A stretch of DNA of 32,000 nucleotides from Bacillus subtilis subsp. subtilis str. 168 (GCF_000009045.1 NC_000964.3:1080001-1112000), one strand, 5' to 3'. Counted from the stretch's first letter, positions 9,755 through 18,113 are shown. Program-made: numbers and translations. Notes: generated by a model from the sequence alone, not told the origin.

Positions 9755-10330
9755 ATGTCAATAGATCGAAAAAAGCTCATTTTGGAGGCGGCTACAAAGT
9801 CTTTCACGCAGTTCGGGTATAAAGCGACGACAATGGATCTTGTCGCAAAACTTGCGAACGTGGGGAAGGGAACCATTTATACTTTTTTCAAAAACAAAGA
9901 AGAGCTGTTTGACGAGATTTTCACTACTTTATTAAAGGAAATGAAGCAAAAAGCGGATGAAGCGATGGAGCCGAGCCTTCCGTTCCATGAAAATGTGCAC
10001 AGAGCGCTGTTTGCCATTCTGGAGTTCAGGAAAACACATCAGCTGACGATTAAAATTTTCCAAGAGAATGCCGAGATTGGTACAATGGCAGTTCAGGAAG
10101 TGATCCAGAAAATGGAGCGATCCATCCTGTCTTATATCAAAAGCAAGATTGAAGACGGGATCAAAAGCGGCGCAATCAAGCCGTGCGACCCTGAGCTGAC
10201 AGCCTTTGTGATGCTGAAGCTTTATATCGCGCTCATTTTTGACTGGGAAAAACAACACCCCCCGCTTGATAAAGAGACAATTGCGGGACTGCTTGAATTG
10301 TATGTTGTCAAAGGATTGTCAGCGAACTAG
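9755..10330 (+). CDS. yhgD: TetR/AcrR-family transcriptional regulator
   Basis: 191 codons from ATG at 9755, after GAGGTGA. The N-terminal HTH is FTQFGYKATTMDLVAKLANVGKGTIYTFFKNKEELF. Confidence 0.9.
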   Translation: MSIDRKKLILEAATKSFTQFGYKATTMDLVAKLANVGKGTIYTFFKNKEELFDEIFTTLLKEMKQKADEAMEPSLPFHENVHRALFAILEFRKTHQLTIKIFQENAEIGTMAVQEVIQKMERSILSYIKSKIEDGIKSGAIKPCDPELTAFVMLKLYIALIFDWEKQHPPLDKETIAGLLELYVVKGLSAN

Positions 10331-10344
10331 ATAATCCTTTCTCT

Positions 10345-10372
10345 TTGCAAGAAAATGACCATTTTTTATGAT
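10345..10372 (+). promoter_or_regulatory. Candidate sigma-A promoter for yhgE
   Basis: TTGCAA (10345-10350), a 16-nt spacer, then TATGAT (10367-10372). It is overlapped by copy 2 of the AATGAC-N15-GTCAGTTT element. Confidence 0.35.
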
Positions 10373-10382
10373 GAGTCAGTTT
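10354..10382. promoter_or_regulatory. Copy 2 of the shared element AATGAC-N15-GTCAGTTT
   Basis: AATGAC at 10354-10359 and GTCAGTTT at 10375-10382. It spans the spacer, the -10 and the predicted start site of the candidate yhgE promoter. Confidence 0.4.
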
Positions 10383-10400
10383 TAGAATGGAGGCATCAGG

Positions 10401-12728
10401 ATGAACACAATACGAAGTCAGTGGAAAGACATCGTAACAAGTAAAAAATTATTGATTCCCATCATCGCCATTTTGTTTGTCCCGCTTATTTACAGCGGCG
10501 TATTCTTAAAGGCTTATTGGGACCCGTACGGCACAGTTGACCAGCTGCCTGTCGTTGTCGTCAACCAAGACAAGGGAGCAACGTATGAAGGAGAAAAACT
10601 TCAAATCGGTGATGATCTGGTCAAAGAATTAAAGGATAATAACAACTTTGATTGGCATTTTTCCAATGATCTCGACCAATCGTTAAAGGACTTATTGAAT
10701 CAAAAATATTATTTAGTTGTCGAGATTCCTGAGGATTTTTCTAAGAATGCCAGCACTGTATTAGACAAAAATCCGAAAAAATTGGATCTGAAATACCATA
10801 CAAATGCAGGTTCTAACTATGTAGGGGCAACGATCGGCGAAAAAGCGATTGATAAACTGAAAGCCTCTGTTTCAAAAGAAGTGACCGAGCAATATACGAA
10901 AGTTATTTTTGATAACTTTAAAGATATCGCAAAAGGTTTGAGCGACGCGAGCAGCGGCGCGAAAAAAATTGATGACGGCACAAAGGATGCGAAAAACGGA
11001 AGCGCCCAGCTGAAAGAAAATCTGGCGAAGCTGAAGGAAAGCACCGCTACCATCAGTGACAAAACAGCGCAGCTTGCAGATGGAGCGGCTCAGGTGACGA
11101 GCGGCATCCAATCACTTGACAGCTCGCTCGGTAAATTCCAGGACAGCAGCAACCAGATTTATGATAAATCTAGTCAGCTTGCAGCAGGATCAGGCGAGCT
11201 GACAAGCAAGATGAATGAACTTCTTGCCGGACTTCAAAATGTGCAGAAGGGTACGCCTAATCTTACTAACGGGTTGGATCAGCTCAACAGTAAAGTCCAA
11301 GAAGGTTCTGAGAAAGCGGCAAAAGCGGAAAAGATCATTAATGCGCTCGATTTAACGAAGCTTGAAACTGCTGTAAACAATCTGGAAAAGTCAGAAACTG
11401 CGATGAAGGAATTCAAAAAACAGCTGACTGACTTTGAAAACAGTTTGAAAAACCGTGATCAGGCATTTAAAAATGTCATCAATTCGAGTGACTTCTTAAC
11501 AGCGGAGCAAAAAAGCCAGCTGATTAATTCTGTTGAGAAAAAGCTTCCGCAAGTTGATGCGCCTGATTTTGATCAAATATTAAGCCAGCTACCTACAGCT
11601 GATCAGCTGCCTGACATCGCAACGATAAAAAGCTCTCTTGAAGACGTGAAAGCGCAGGTGGCGCAGGTGAAAGCCATGCCGGAAGCTACATCTAAGCTTT
11701 ATAACGGCGCAAAAACAATCCAAGATGCGATTGACAGATTAACTGAGGGAGCTGATAAGATATACAACGGTTCTCAGAAGCTGACAGATGGCCAAACTAA
11801 ACTGACAGCGGGCATCGGTGAATATAATAAGCAGTTCGCAAAAGCAAAAGCGGGCTCAGAGCAATTGGTGACAGGAAGCAGCCAAGTATCCGGCGGATTG
11901 TTTAAGCTGTTAGACGGGTCTAAACAGGTCCAAAGCGGATCATCAAAACTTGCAGACGGATCTGCATCACTTGATACAGGTTTAGGCAAGCTATTGGACG
12001 GCACAGGAGAGCTGTCTAGTAAGCTGAAGGATGCGGCTGACCAAACAGGAGATATCGATGCTGATGATCAAACATACGGCATGTTTGCGGATCCGGTTAA
12101 AACCAAAGATGATGCCATTCATTCCGTTCCTAACTATGGAACAGGGCTGACACCTTATATCCTGTCAATGGGCTTGTATGTCGGCGGCATCATGCTGACG
12201 GTTGTCTTCCCGCTGAAGGAAGCGTCAGGACGTCCGAGAAACGGTTTTGAGTGGTTCTTCAGCAAATTCAATGTCATGATGCTTGTAGGAATCATTCAAT
12301 CATTGATTGTGGCGACGGTTCTTCTATTGGGAATTGGTCTTGAGGTAGAGAGCACGTGGAGATTTTACGTGTTTACGATCATTACGAGTCTCGCTTTCCT
12401 GGCGATAATTCAATTTTTGGCTACAACGATGGGCAACCCGGGGCGATTTATCGCAGTCATTATTTTAGTGCTGCAGCTGGGAGCGAGCGGAGGAACCTTC
12501 CCGCTGGAATTGCTTCCGAATTTCTATCAGGTCATCCACGGCGCATTGCCGATGACCTACAGCATTAACGGATTCAGAGCAGTCATTTCAAACGGTGACT
12601 TTGGCTACATGTGGCAGATGGCCGGCGTCTTAATCGGCATTGCCCTCGTCATGATTGCACTAAGCATTACTTACTTTACAATGTTAAGCCGGAAGGAAGA
12701 AACATCAGAAGAACAGCCGGCTTCATAA
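10401..12728 (+). CDS. yhgE: YhgE/Pip-family membrane protein (phage-infection-protein-like): one N-terminal TM, a roughly 560-aa extracytoplasmic repeat-rich helical domain, and a C-terminal bundle of about 5 TM segments
   Basis: 775 aa with RBS GGAGG. The N-terminal TM is LLIPIIAILFVPLIYSGVFL. The long Ala/Gly/Leu/Ser/Lys-rich region contains xGxxxLx repeats. The C-terminal hydrophobic block runs from about residue 580 to 760. Confidence 0.9.
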   Translation: MNTIRSQWKDIVTSKKLLIPIIAILFVPLIYSGVFLKAYWDPYGTVDQLPVVVVNQDKGATYEGEKLQIGDDLVKELKDNNNFDWHFSNDLDQSLKDLLNQKYYLVVEIPEDFSKNASTVLDKNPKKLDLKYHTNAGSNYVGATIGEKAIDKLKASVSKEVTEQYTKVIFDNFKDIAKGLSDASSGAKKIDDGTKDAKNGSAQLKENLAKLKESTATISDKTAQLADGAAQVTSGIQSLDSSLGKFQDSSNQIYDKSSQLAAGSGELTSKMNELLAGLQNVQKGTPNLTNGLDQLNSKVQEGSEKAAKAEKIINALDLTKLETAVNNLEKSETAMKEFKKQLTDFENSLKNRDQAFKNVINSSDFLTAEQKSQLINSVEKKLPQVDAPDFDQILSQLPTADQLPDIATIKSSLEDVKAQVAQVKAMPEATSKLYNGAKTIQDAIDRLTEGADKIYNGSQKLTDGQTKLTAGIGEYNKQFAKAKAGSEQLVTGSSQVSGGLFKLLDGSKQVQSGSSKLADGSASLDTGLGKLLDGTGELSSKLKDAADQTGDIDADDQTYGMFADPVKTKDDAIHSVPNYGTGLTPYILSMGLYVGGIMLTVVFPLKEASGRPRNGFEWFFSKFNVMMLVGIIQSLIVATVLLLGIGLEVESTWRFYVFTIITSLAFLAIIQFLATTMGNPGRFIAVIILVLQLGASGGTFPLELLPNFYQVIHGALPMTYSINGFRAVISNGDFGYMWQMAGVLIGIALVMIALSITYFTMLSRKEETSEEQPAS

Positions 12729-12730
12729 AG

Positions 12731-12769
12731 AAAAAGAACTTGTTTCCTTGGAAACAAGTTCTTTTTTTG
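12731..12769. terminator. Bidirectional terminator between convergent yhgE and fabHB
   Basis: agaacttgtttcc (12735-12747) pairs with ggaaacaagttct (12750-12762), flanked by an A5 run and a T7 run. The fabHB stop codon is at 12770-12772. Confidence 0.85.
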
Positions 12770-13747
12770 TTACATCCCCCATTTAATAAGCAATCCTGTA
12801 TAGGTTAATCCGCCGCCAAACCCGAAAAGCAAAACGATTTGATCTTTTTTCAGCTTCCCGGCTTTCACTGCGAGATCGAGCGCCAAAACAATTGAAACCG
12901 AAGACGTGTTTCCGTAGTGCTCAACACTAGTGAGCGTTTTTTCAATCGGGAACGGTGTTTTTTCACAAATTGACTCGATCATGCGCAAGTTGGCGCTGTG
13001 AGGAACAAACCAATCGAGATCATCGGAGCTGAGTCCTGCTTTATGTAAAAGCCGTTCAAATTCGCCAGGGACGGTTCTTGCGGCCCATTTATATACCTCG
13101 CGTCCGTTTTGCACCATTTTTCCGGAACCGACAAGCTGCACACCGTTTATTTCATTTCGCAGTCCGGCACGATACAAAATATCGCCGCCGTTCCCGCTTG
13201 TTCCTTGTACAGACGCAAGAAATCCCGGCGTCTCTTCATCTCGTTCTACTAACAGCGCACCCGCGGCATCGCCGAACAGTACGCATGTCGTTCGATCGGT
13301 ATAATCGGTTACCTTTGATAACGTCTCTCCGGCGATGACGAGAATTTTTTGATGAAGGCCAGATGTGATCAATCCATTTGCCAAATGGAGGCCGTATGTC
13401 AGCCCGGCGCATGTCGCATTAATATCCAGCGCGCCGGTGCTTTCCCAGCCGAAATATTCCTGTACGCGGCATGCCGTACTCGGAAAGGCGTAATCGGATG
13501 TGGTTGTGGCAACGAGGATCATATCGACATCATCAAGCGTTCCTTTATAACGGCTCTTGAGATTCTTCACCGCTTCTATGCATAAATCAGAGGTAAATTG
13601 ATGTTCATCCGCAATCCGGCGTTCTCTCATTCCTGTGCGCTGAACGATCCATTCATCAGAGGTATCAACGATCTTTTCTAAATCTGCATTGGTTAAACGT
13701 CTGCTCGGCGCATAGGTGCCGATAGCTGTAATTTTTGCTTTTGACAT
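12770..13747 (-). CDS. fabHB: Beta-ketoacyl-ACP synthase III (second FabH paralogue)
   Basis: 325 codons from ATG at 13747, 8 nt after AAGGAG. FabH catalytic-triad contexts are INATCAG (Cys), PHSANLRM (His) and YGNTSSVS (Asn). Confidence 0.93.
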   Translation of the reverse strand: MSKAKITAIGTYAPSRRLTNADLEKIVDTSDEWIVQRTGMRERRIADEHQFTSDLCIEAVKNLKSRYKGTLDDVDMILVATTTSDYAFPSTACRVQEYFGWESTGALDINATCAGLTYGLHLANGLITSGLHQKILVIAGETLSKVTDYTDRTTCVLFGDAAGALLVERDEETPGFLASVQGTSGNGGDILYRAGLRNEINGVQLVGSGKMVQNGREVYKWAARTVPGEFERLLHKAGLSSDDLDWFVPHSANLRMIESICEKTPFPIEKTLTSVEHYGNTSSVSIVLALDLAVKAGKLKKDQIVLLFGFGGGLTYTGLLIKWGM

Positions 13748-13769
13748 ATGAATCACTCCTTATGGTCAG

Positions 13770-13780
13770 ATTATAACACT
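13770..13780 (-). promoter_or_regulatory. Candidate extended -10 (TGtTATAAT) of the fabHB promoter
   Basis: The reverse complement of 13770-13780 reads agTGtTATAAT. The FapR-type palindrome lies 6-10 nt upstream of it, over the -35 region. Confidence 0.45.
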
Positions 13781-13785
13781 AGATA

Positions 13786-13802
13786 TTAGTATCTGGTACT
13801 AA
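13786..13802. promoter_or_regulatory. FapR-type operator (17-bp inverted repeat) in the divergent fabHB-yhfC intergenic region
   Basis: TTAGTA-TCTGG-TACTAA has perfect 6-bp arms. The bottom strand reads TTAGTACCAGATACTAA, which matches the FapR operator consensus as I remember it. fabHB and yhfC are remembered FapR regulon members. Confidence 0.8.
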
Positions 13803-13873
13803 AAAGAAGGTTTTTTTACAAAAAAAGAGAAGTGTAGATAGGAATCTATGAAAAAGAAAAAGGAGGCTGAAAA

Positions 13874-14650
13874 ATGGTCAGTCAAGAAGCAGTAGTCTTT
13901 TTGGCATTATCCGGGGCTATTGCGTTTCTGTTGCCAATCGGGCTGATTGTATGGTTTAAGCGAAAGTATGGTGCCTCGCTTAAAGTGTTTTTTATTGGCG
14001 CTCTCACGTTTTTTGTCTTCGCTCAGCTGCTGGAAGGCGGCGTTCATGTTTATGTACTGCAAGTGAATGAAATGACGAAAGAAGCGATGCAGCATCCATT
14101 ATGGTATGGCATTTACGGCTGCTTGATGGCCGGCATTTTTGAGGAGTGCGGAAGGTATTTGATGATGCGATTTTTTATGAAGCGCCATCATACTTGGGCA
14201 GATGGTCTGGCTTTCGGGGCAGGCCATGGCGGGCTTGAAGCCATCCTGATTACAGGCTTGTCCTCTATCTCACTTATTGTATACGCATTTGCAATCAATA
14301 GCGGGACGTTTGAACAGCTTTTGGTCAATGGCGACGTCAAACAGGCGCTTTTGCCGATACAGGAGCAGCTGCTGCATACTCCTTCGTATGAATGGATGCT
14401 GGGCGGAATAGAAAGAATCAGTGCCATTGCCGTCCAGATTGGTCTGTCTCTGCTTGTTTTGTACGCGGTTAAAAACCGCCGGCCGCTGTTTTTGCTGTAT
14501 TCTATTCTTTTACATGCACTGTTTAATGTCCCGGCGGTTTTATATCAAAGAGGAATCATAGAGCATGCTGCAGCTGTTGAAATCATTGTTGCTCTTATAG
14601 CGGCTTTATCAGTTTATTGGATTGTAAAAGCAAAAAGGGTGTTTCAATAA
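13874..14650 (+). CDS. yhfC: YhfC-family polytopic membrane protein with CPBP/Abi-type intramembrane metalloprotease motifs
   Basis: 258 aa with about 7 TM segments and RBS AAGGAGG. Motifs are FEECGRY (EExxR), FGAGHGG (FxxxH) and LLHALFN (HxxxN). Confidence 0.85.
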   Translation: MVSQEAVVFLALSGAIAFLLPIGLIVWFKRKYGASLKVFFIGALTFFVFAQLLEGGVHVYVLQVNEMTKEAMQHPLWYGIYGCLMAGIFEECGRYLMMRFFMKRHHTWADGLAFGAGHGGLEAILITGLSSISLIVYAFAINSGTFEQLLVNGDVKQALLPIQEQLLHTPSYEWMLGGIERISAIAVQIGLSLLVLYAVKNRRPLFLLYSILLHALFNVPAVLYQRGIIEHAAAVEIIVALIAALSVYWIVKAKRVFQ

Positions 14651-14740
14651 AAGGTCCAAGCAGCAGCAATGCCCGCTTGGAAAAATGTGAATGGAAATAT
14701 TCATTAAGCATGGGTCATCAGAATATTTCTGATTCAGTCT

Positions 14741-14944
14741 TTAGCAATGACAGCAAGAATGTCTGTGTTTTTTACAAGAGAAACAATGGTGTTTCTTTTT
14801 CTTCTTCTCGCAAGGGTCATGGCATTCTTTCTTTTTCTTGCAATGGTCGTGGAAATCTTTATCGAACCACTCGTCAAAGAACCAAAAATCATCGAACCAA
14901 TCGTGACAACGACATTTCTGTTCATGTGAATGACGACAGCACAT
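14741..14944 (-). CDS. yhzC: Very Cys/His/Lys-rich small protein (67 aa); function unknown
   Basis: ATG at 14944 lies 7 nt after AGGAGG. An alternative in-frame ATG at 14965 would add MGRGGIS. The product is MCCRHSHEQKCRCHDWFDDFWFFDEWFDKDFHDHCKKKKECHDPCEKKKKKHHCFSCKKHRHSCCHC. The upstream 68 codons of the ORF-track model have no RBS. Confidence 0.6.
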   Translation of the reverse strand: MCCRHSHEQKCRCHDWFDDFWFFDEWFDKDFHDHCKKKKECHDPCEKKKKKHHCFSCKKHRHSCCHC

Positions 14945-15062
14945 AGAAATCCCTCCTCTTCCCATGCTCTCTACAGCATATGAGAGATTGATAGGAAAAG
15001 ATTGGACGGGTCCCTCGGGAAAAGAGTATATTTTAAGTAGAAAATAAAAGGAGGAATGCCCT

Positions 15063-16103
15063 ATGACGTCCGTACGTAAAACGATGGAGCTCATTAAAGA
15101 ACTTGTATCGATCCCAAGCCCGACAGGAAATACATATGAGGTGATCAATTATATTGAAAGCCTTTTAAAAGAATGGAAGGTAGAAACGGTTCGGAACCAC
15201 AAGGGCGGCTTAATTGCAACGCTTCCAGGACGCGACACATCCCGGCATCGCATGCTGACAGCGCACGTTGACACCCTCGGCGCTATGGTGAAGGAAATTA
15301 AAGCGGACGGCCGGCTGAAAATCGACTTAATCGGCGGGTTCCGCTACAACTCGATTGAGGGGGAGTATTGCCAAATTGAAACCGCCTCGGGAAAAATGTA
15401 CACAGGCACAATCTTAATGCATCAAACGTCTGTGCACGTATACAAAGACGCGGGAAAGGCTGAGCGGAATCAAGAGAATATGGAGATCCGCCTAGATGAA
15501 CCTGTTCACTGCCGGAAAGATACGGAGGAGCTTGGCATTGGCGTCGGAGACTTTGTGTCGTTTGATCCACGTGTCGAGATCACATCAAGCGGATTTATTA
15601 AATCGCGCCATTTGGATGACAAAGCAAGCGTCGCCTTATTGCTCCGCTTAATTCATGAAATTCAAACAGAAGACATTGAGCTGCCGTATACAACCCATTT
15701 TCTTATTTCCAATAATGAAGAAATCGGTTACGGCGGGAATTCGAATATTCCTCCTGAAACAGTTGAATATTTGGCGGTTGATATGGGCGCTATCGGTGAC
15801 GGGCAGGCGACGGATGAATATTCAGTATCAATCTGTGTGAAGGATGCGAGCGGGCCGTATCATTATCAGCTCAGAAAGCATTTAGTTCAATTAGCCGAGA
15901 AGCATCATATTGACTATAAGCTTGATATATATCCGTACTACGGGTCTGATGCGTCAGCAGCGATCAAATCCGGGCATGATATTGTGCATGGCCTCATAGG
16001 GCCGGGAATTGACGCTTCCCATGCATTTGAACGCACCCATAAATCATCTCTTCGCCATACCGCTAAGCTTCTGTATTACTATGTACAGTCACCAATGGTA
16101 TAA
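15063..16103 (+). CDS. yhfE: M42-family metallo-aminopeptidase (glutamyl aminopeptidase / endoglucanase-like)
   Basis: 346 aa with RBS AGGAGG. Metal-ligand contexts are AHVDTLG, HLDDKASVA and SNNEEIGYGG. Confidence 0.9.
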   Translation: MTSVRKTMELIKELVSIPSPTGNTYEVINYIESLLKEWKVETVRNHKGGLIATLPGRDTSRHRMLTAHVDTLGAMVKEIKADGRLKIDLIGGFRYNSIEGEYCQIETASGKMYTGTILMHQTSVHVYKDAGKAERNQENMEIRLDEPVHCRKDTEELGIGVGDFVSFDPRVEITSSGFIKSRHLDDKASVALLLRLIHEIQTEDIELPYTTHFLISNNEEIGYGGNSNIPPETVEYLAVDMGAIGDGQATDEYSVSICVKDASGPYHYQLRKHLVQLAEKHHIDYKLDIYPYYGSDASAAIKSGHDIVHGLIGPGIDASHAFERTHKSSLRHTAKLLYYYVQSPMV

Positions 16104-16115
16104 GGGGGAGGACCA

Positions 16116-16523
16116 ATGAAGATTTATAAGCTGAAAAGCACATTCGGTTGGGAAGGTGATGACGGGTTGGGAGAACAGCTGATTCAGCAGATCCTTGCCG
16201 GAGAAAAAAGCGCCACGTGCGCGCCGAAATCATTGTATTCAAAAGATGAATTGAGGGACGTTTATCAAACAGCGGGTCAGCTTGTTACCGTTTATGATAA
16301 ACATGACAATCCAAGATGCAATATAAAAGTAACAGATGTCTTTGAAACCACCTTTGGTGCGCCTGATATGAGGTTAGTCAAAGGAGAGGGCAATGGAGAC
16401 CGAATTGAGGAGTTTCAAGAGGATCATCGGATGGCATGGGCGGAACTGATCAAAAGCGGTGAACTGGAGCTGAATGAGGATACTGTTTTGATTACAGAGT
16501 TGTTTGTGCTTGTTAAAGATTAA
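16116..16523 (+). CDS. yhfF: Small ASCH-domain-like protein
   Basis: 135 aa with RBS GGGGGAGG. It lies 12 nt after yhfE, so it is probably co-transcribed. The domain call is from remembered similarity only. Confidence 0.75.
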
Positions 16524-16557
16524 AAAAGCCTGCGGGGCAAGAACCCCGCAGGCTTTT
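16523..16557. terminator. Bidirectional terminator between convergent yhfF and gltT
   Basis: gcctgcgggg (16528-16537) pairs with ccccgcaggc (16544-16553), flanked by an A5 run and a T4 run. Confidence 0.88.
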
Positions 16558-16559
16558 CA

Positions 16560-17849
16560 TTAACCAGAAATGGTTGCGTTTTGTTCTGTTTTCGATTGGG
16601 ACATAACAGTTTCTGCTTTCGCAGGATTAAACATGCCTTCCCATTTAGACATCACAACGGCAGCAAGCGCGTTACCAGTCAGGTTGACAACTGTACGTGC
16701 CATATCCATGATGCGGTCTACGCCGGCAATAAAGGCAAGTCCTTCAGCCGGAACGCCGATGGTGCCAAGCGTTGCAAGCAAGACAACAAAAGAAGTACCA
16801 GGTACGGCAGCCATCCCTTTGGATGTCACCATTAAGACGAGCACAAGCGTAATTTGGTGCCAAATCGTCAAATCAATGCCATATACCTGTGCTAAAAAGA
16901 GTGCGGCAATAGATTGATAGAGAACGGAACCGTCTAAGTTAAACGTGTAACCGATCGGAATGACAAATGAAACAATGCCTTTTGGACATCCGATTTTCTC
17001 CATTTTTTCCATGATACGCGGAAGAACCGTTTCAGAGCTGGACGTACTGAACGCCAGTAAGATTTCGTCCTTCATGTAAGCAAGGAACTTGAAGATGCTG
17101 ATGCCGGCAATTTTTGCGACAATCCCGAAAATAACAATTAAGAAGAAAGCAAGCGCGACATAAACCAATCCGACGAGCTTTCCGAGAGAGATAAGAGAAC
17201 CGAGTCCGAATTTAGACACAGTCACTCCGATAAGAGCGAAAACGCCGAATGGCGCCACTTTCATCACAAGGTTTACAACGTGGAACATGGCATGGGATAC
17301 ACCTTCAAAAAAGGCTAATACAGGCTTGCCTCTTTCACCGATCGCGGAAATACCCAATGCAAATAGTACTGTAAAGCAGATGATGGCTAGAAGATCCCCT
17401 TCGACCAATGACTGGAAGAAGTTTGTCGGCACAATATGGAGGAACGTTTCCGCCACTGATTTATTACTTTGTTCTTTTTCAGTTTCAACATATTGACTGA
17501 TGTCCGATTTTTGAGCTTCGTGTATATTAACTCCTGTACCCGGATGGAAGATGTTTGCAAGGGCTAGTCCGAGAATAATGGCAAAAGTCGTGATGATCTC
17601 GAAGTACAGAATCGTTCTGAAGCCTAATTTACCGACTTGCTTTCCATTTCCTGCACCGGCTACACCGATGATTAAGCTGGAGACAACAATAGGAATCACT
17701 ATCATTTTGATTAAGCGTAAAAAGAGATCCCCGATTGGCTGCAGGTAAGTAGGCAATGCTGGGTTGCCATACCAAATGACGCCAACAATGACACCTAGAA
17801 TAAGTCCAACGAATATTTGTGTGGCTAATCCAAACTTAATTCTTTTCAT
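16560..17849 (-). CDS. gltT: Proton/sodium-glutamate(aspartate) symporter, DAACS family
   Basis: 429 aa with RBS GGGAGG. Family motifs are SSSETVLP, NLDGSVLY and VDRIMDMARTVVNLTGN. Confidence 0.95.
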   Translation of the reverse strand: MKRIKFGLATQIFVGLILGVIVGVIWYGNPALPTYLQPIGDLFLRLIKMIVIPIVVSSLIIGVAGAGNGKQVGKLGFRTILYFEIITTFAIILGLALANIFHPGTGVNIHEAQKSDISQYVETEKEQSNKSVAETFLHIVPTNFFQSLVEGDLLAIICFTVLFALGISAIGERGKPVLAFFEGVSHAMFHVVNLVMKVAPFGVFALIGVTVSKFGLGSLISLGKLVGLVYVALAFFLIVIFGIVAKIAGISIFKFLAYMKDEILLAFSTSSSETVLPRIMEKMEKIGCPKGIVSFVIPIGYTFNLDGSVLYQSIAALFLAQVYGIDLTIWHQITLVLVLMVTSKGMAAVPGTSFVVLLATLGTIGVPAEGLAFIAGVDRIMDMARTVVNLTGNALAAVVMSKWEGMFNPAKAETVMSQSKTEQNATISG

Positions 17850-17959
17850 AGATTACCTCCCAAAAAACAAAGTATCAACATATATCATGAATAGACATAT
17901 ATTTAATCTCACTATTAGATCAAATTATAATAGATAAGAAATCAATTCGTCTATAGTAA

Positions 17960-17988
17960 ATTATATTTCGAAAATAAAGAATATTCAA
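17960..17988 (-). promoter_or_regulatory. Candidate sigma-A promoter of gltT
   Basis: On the - strand, TTGAAT (17988-17983), an exact 17-nt spacer, then TATAAT (17965-17960). It predicts a leader of about 100 nt. Confidence 0.55.
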
Positions 17989-18079
17989 TGACATTATGAT
18001 AATCACCAGAATTATCTAAAAACAGGTGAGCTTTGACCTAACCTGACTATTATTTCAAAATTAAGAGATATGTGAAAAA

Positions 18080-18113
18080 ATAAGAAAATCCCACGCGTAA
18101 GGCGCGGGATTTT
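18080..18113 (-). terminator. Rho-independent terminator downstream of yhfH
   Basis: On the - strand, AAAATCCCGCGCC-TTA-CGCGTGGGATTTT is followed by CTTATTTTTTC. The hairpin spans 18088-18110. Confidence 0.75.

Noticed and set aside
10900-12100. yhgE repeat region as a DNA-level tandem repeat or VNTR
   Set aside because: The periodicity is only in the amino-acid pattern. The nucleotide sequences of successive units differ, so it is not a slippage-prone tandem repeat.
14655-14735. Two small hairpins downstream of yhzC (tccaagc/gcttgga at 14655-14681; atcagaa/ttctgat at 14717-14733)
   Set aside because: The stems are short (7 bp) and one is AT-only. The following T-run is only 4 nt. That is too weak to call a terminator with confidence.
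14617-14946. Two + strand ORFs (109 aa and 60 aa) overlapping yhzC
   Set aside because: They are artefacts of the low-complexity purine/pyrimidine-skewed DNA encoding the Lys/Cys/His-rich yhzC. They have no RBS, and the first starts inside yhfC.
14945-15148. Upstream 68 codons of the 135-aa ORF containing yhzC
   Set aside because: That part lacks an RBS and has ordinary non-coding-like composition. It runs across the yhfE RBS and start on the other strand. The strong AGGAGG precedes the internal ATG at 14944.
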